A stretch of DNA of 32,000 bases, taken from contig CP100318.1 in NCBI GenBank assembly GCA_029851085.1, positions 120,001 to 152,000 on the forward strand, in the 5' to 3' direction. The notes beneath the pieces were generated by a model. The model did not search any database and was not told the origin of the DNA. It worked only from the letters and a program-made list of their open reading frames with translations. Every line of letters begins with the position of its first letter. Within the stretch, counting starts at the first letter, position 1. The position numbers and the translations under genes were made by a program. The DNA comes from Candidatus Saccharimonadota bacterium. GTDB lineage: Bacteria > Bacteroidota > Bacteroidia > Flavobacteriales > Blattabacteriaceae. Shown in pieces: positions 29,523 through 32,000 of this stretch.

Positions 29523-29603
29523 TGCAGGTGAAGGGAGTTGAACCCTTATGCAATAAGCACTAGATCCTAATTCTAGCGTGTTTACCAATTTCACCACACC
29601 TGC
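29523..29603 (-). tRNA. tRNA-Leu (anticodon UAG)
   Basis: Minus-strand sequence gcaggtgtggtgaaattggtaaacacgctagaattaggatctagtgcttattgcataagggttcaactcccttcacctgca. Acceptor GCAGGTG/CACCTGC, anticodon stem ctaga/tctag with loop AT-TAG-GA, long variable arm, T-arm aaggg-ttcaact-ccctt. Confidence 0.9.
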
Positions 29604-31069
29604 TAAAATAAAATATTATTATTATAATCAAGAAATTTATATTCTAAATATTTAAAAGAATATCTAGGAATTATTTTAATCCATTTTTTATATTTAAAAA
29701 ACCATTTTAATTGAATAGAAAATAAACCTTTTTGTAAATAAGCGGCTATAAAAGGATGTATGTGCAAAATAATTCCATTATTATTTTTTATTATAATATT
29801 GATTATAGATTCTATATAATAAATATGCGCTATTGGAGATTCTATTTTATTATTTGGATTAGATTCAGTAGTATTTATATTTAATTCTGGACGTACACGT
29901 TTACGTGTAATTTGTATTAAACAAAATTTGCTAAGAGGTAATATTTTATGTTTTGCTTTATCATTTTTCATTTCATTTTTTATATGTTCATAAAGTTTTT
30001 TTCTATTGTTAGATAAAGACATATCTATAGCATCAATTACTATAATACCTCCCATATCTCTCAAACGAATTTGTCTAGCTATTTCAGTAGCAGCTAGCAT
30101 ATTAATTTCTAATGCTGTATTTTCTTGATTTCCATTAATATGTTTGCCACTGTTAATATCAATAACATGAAGTGCTTCAGTATGTTCAATTACCAAATAA
30201 GCACCTTTTGTAAGAGTAACATTCTTACCAAACAAAATTTTTATTTGTTTTTCTATACCATATTTTTCAAATATTGGAATTATACCTTTATAATATTTAA
30301 TTATATTAATTTTATGTGGTGCAATAATAGAAATATTAGCCTTTATTTCTTTATAAATAGCTTCATCATCACAAATTATTGAAGTATAATCATCATTAAA
30401 AGTATCTCTTAATATACAATAGGCTCTATCTTTTTCACTTAATAGTTTATATGGTTTTTTTGATTTATTAATAATATTAATCACATTATTCCATTTATTT
30501 ATTAAATAAATAATCTCTTTTTTAATAGATTCAATTTTTTTTTTAAAAGCTATTGTTCTAATAATAAATCCAAAATTATTAGGTTTTATATTTTTCACAA
30601 TAGATATTAATCTATTTTTTTCTTTATTATCTTTAATTTTTTTTGAAATTAAAATTTTATCTGAAAAAGGCATAAGTATTAAATATCTCCCAGCAATAGA
30701 TATTTCAGAAGTAAGTCTATGACCTTTATTAGAAATAGGTTCTTTTGAAATTTGGACTAAAATTTGTTGTCCAGGTTGTAATAAATCTGTTATTAATCCT
30801 TTTTTAGATAAATTAATTTTTAATTTAAATAAATTAATTGATGATTTAAAAAATTGAGTACCTAAATCTCGATAATGTAAAAATGCATCTTTGGATGACC
30901 CAATATTAATAAATGCAGCATTTATACCTAAAGCTATTGTTTTAACTATTCCTACATAAAGATCTCCTACAGAGAATTTATTAATATTTTCATTATGAAG
31001 TTCTATTAATTTTCCTTTTTCTAAAATAGCTATAACAACTCCTTTTTGTGTGCTTATTATTAACTTCAT
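29603..31069 (-). CDS. rng: Ribonuclease E/G family protein (RNase G-like)
   Basis: 488 aa. It has an N-terminal S1 domain (VGDLYVGIVKTIALGINAAFINIG) and the catalytic core (LVIEHTEALHVIDINSG, GGIIVIDAIDM). The final G of the TAG stop codon is nucleotide 1 of tRNA-Leu. Confidence 0.9.
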   Translation of the reverse strand: MKLIISTQKGVVIAILEKGKLIELHNENINKFSVGDLYVGIVKTIALGINAAFINIGSSKDAFLHYRDLGTQFFKSSINLFKLKINLSKKGLITDLLQPGQQILVQISKEPISNKGHRLTSEISIAGRYLILMPFSDKILISKKIKDNKEKNRLISIVKNIKPNNFGFIIRTIAFKKKIESIKKEIIYLINKWNNVINIINKSKKPYKLLSEKDRAYCILRDTFNDDYTSIICDDEAIYKEIKANISIIAPHKINIIKYYKGIIPIFEKYGIEKQIKILFGKNVTLTKGAYLVIEHTEALHVIDINSGKHINGNQENTALEINMLAATEIARQIRLRDMGGIIVIDAIDMSLSNNRKKLYEHIKNEMKNDKAKHKILPLSKFCLIQITRKRVRPELNINTTESNPNNKIESPIAHIYYIESIINIIIKNNNGIILHIHPFIAAYLQKGLFSIQLKWFFKYKKWIKIIPRYSFKYLEYKFLDYNNNILF

Positions 31070-31095
31070 TTTCCTACATTAAAAAAAATTTTTTT

Positions 31096-31185
31096 TTACT
31101 TTTTTTTATGTCTATTTTTTCTACTTCTTTTTTTTCTTTTGTGGGTAGCAATTTTATGTTTTTTTCTTTTTTTTCCATTTGGCAT
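31096..31185 (-). CDS. bS22-like (AURKAIP1/COX24-like) ultra-basic 29-aa peptide; not in the ORF track
   Basis: Hand translation of the minus strand: MPNGKKRKKHKIATHKRKKRSRKNRHKKK*. It matches the conserved small Bacteroidota peptide pattern MP.GKKRK.HK.ATHKRKKR.R.NRHKKK as I recall it. It lies 26 bp upstream of rng. Confidence 0.7.
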   Translation of the reverse strand: MPNGKKRKKHKIATHKRKKRSRKNRHKKK

Positions 31186-31297
31186 AATTCAATTCATAGA
31201 TAAAAATGATTAACAAAATAACATTTTTTTTTATTATTTTAATTATTAAAATAACTAAATATACGCTATCATAATATTATACATAATATTATTAATA

Positions 31298-32000
31298 TTG
31301 CTATTATTATTAGCAGCTATAATAGCCGGTGCTGAAATAGCATTTTTTTCTATTAATAAAAAACAACTTGAAAAAGAAAAAAAAAAAGATATTATTAAAG
31401 CTAATATTGTAATTAATATTATTAATAATAGAAAAAAACTTTTAGCATCTCTTCTTATATCTAATAATTTTTTAAATATTGGAGTAGTAATACTTTCTTC
31501 TTTTTTAATAAATAAGTATTTTACTTTTCCAAATATTCATTTATTTAAAATAAATATATCTTTCAAATTTTTATTGGAAGTAGTAGGAATAACCTTTATT
31601 TTACTATTATTTGGAGAAATAATACCAAAAATATATGCTAGTAAAGATAATTTCAAATTTGCGGTATTTATGTCCAAACCTATTTATTTTATTAATAAAG
31701 TATTAAATCCATTGATTTATATTATGATGATAATGTCCAATTATATAGAACAATGGATAAAAAAACCAAAAAAACTTTCTTTATATCAACTTTCACAAGC
31801 TTTAAAAATTACCATAAATAAAAAATATGATAAAGATATGATTTTTCTTAGAAAGATAATTAATTTTGGAAATATTGAAACACGTCAAATAATGACTCCT
31901 CGTATAGATATTTTTGCTTTAAATTATGATACATCTTATGAAGATGTATTAAATATAATTATATCAGAAGGATATTCTCGTGTTCCTGTTTATAAAGAAA
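31298..32000 (+). CDS. DUF21 (CNNM-type TM) + CBS-pair domain protein, TlyC/CorC/GldE family; the 3' end lies outside the window and the 5' end is uncertain
   Basis: Hand translation of the frame containing 31298: (M)LLLLAAIIAGAEIAFFSINKKQLEKEKKK...LLASLLISNNFLNIG...LLLFGEIIPKIYA...ETRQIMTPRIDIFALNYDTSYEDVLNIIISEGYSRVPVYKE. These are the DUF21 and first CBS signatures. There is no in-frame ATG, and TTG 31298 is the only canonical start downstream of the stop at 31256. Confidence 0.8.
   Translation, partial: MLLLLAAIIAGAEIAFFSINKKQLEKEKKKDIIKANIVINIINNRKKLLASLLISNNFLNIGVVILSSFLINKYFTFPNIHLFKINISFKFLLEVVGITFILLLFGEIIPKIYASKDNFKFAVFMSKPIYFINKVLNPLIYIMMIMSNYIEQWIKKPKKLSLYQLSQALKITINKKYDKDMIFLRKIINFGNIETRQIMTPRIDIFALNYDTSYEDVLNIIISEGYSRVPVYKE

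Overview
Very AT-rich (roughly 20-25% GC by eye), extremely gene-dense window. It holds about 36 protein genes, 2 tRNAs and 1 tmRNA. Most genes are separated by 0-30 bp or overlap by 4 nt: ATGA stop/start overlaps at tatD/tyrS, acpP/fabF and frr/asnS, and a convergent 4-bp overlap at fabD/metF. All content is housekeeping and carries Bacteroidota/Flavobacteriales hallmarks: fused ccoNO, rpmB-rpmG-DUF4295-ftsY, bamA-ompH, an 82-aa atpC, a bS22-like peptide, and a tmRNA tag ending in ALAA. My inference is a reduced flavobacterial insect endosymbiont genome (Blattabacterium-like). This rests on gene content and composition only, not on any search. Gene order: Cu-ATPase(ccoI, 5' partial)-ccoS-ccoNO-ccoQ-ccoP-fixH-maeB (+); tyrS, tatD (-); fabD (+); metF, serS (-); rpmB-rpmG-DUF4295-ftsY (+); rimO relic (+); lepA (+); topA, ssrA, skp/ompH, bamA, nadK (-); rluB-like (+); fabF, acpP, atpC, atpD (-); frr-asnS-rpoN-tRNA-Ser (+); tRNA-Leu, rng, bS22-like (-); DUF21/CBS protein (+, 3' partial). 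I found no mobile element, integrase, CRISPR array, toxin/defence module or any unexplained multi-gene cluster, so I cannot support a claim of a novel system here. The unusual signals are all small-scale. (1) A heavily eroded rimO pseudogene. (2) A 2 x 144 bp, 98% identical tandem duplication of the skp 3' end plus its downstream spacer, just upstream of ssrA. (3) An older, degenerate copy of the nadK 3' end forming the nadK-bamA spacer. (4) An in-frame 24-bp tandem repeat inside bamA. (5) Four conserved micro-ORFs missed by the ORF track: ccoS, ccoQ-like, DUF4295 and bS22-like. (6) An apparently frame-disrupted or non-ATG 5' end on the last gene. (7) A stop codon that shares a nucleotide with a tRNA. 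UGA behaves as a stop, consistent with genetic code 11.
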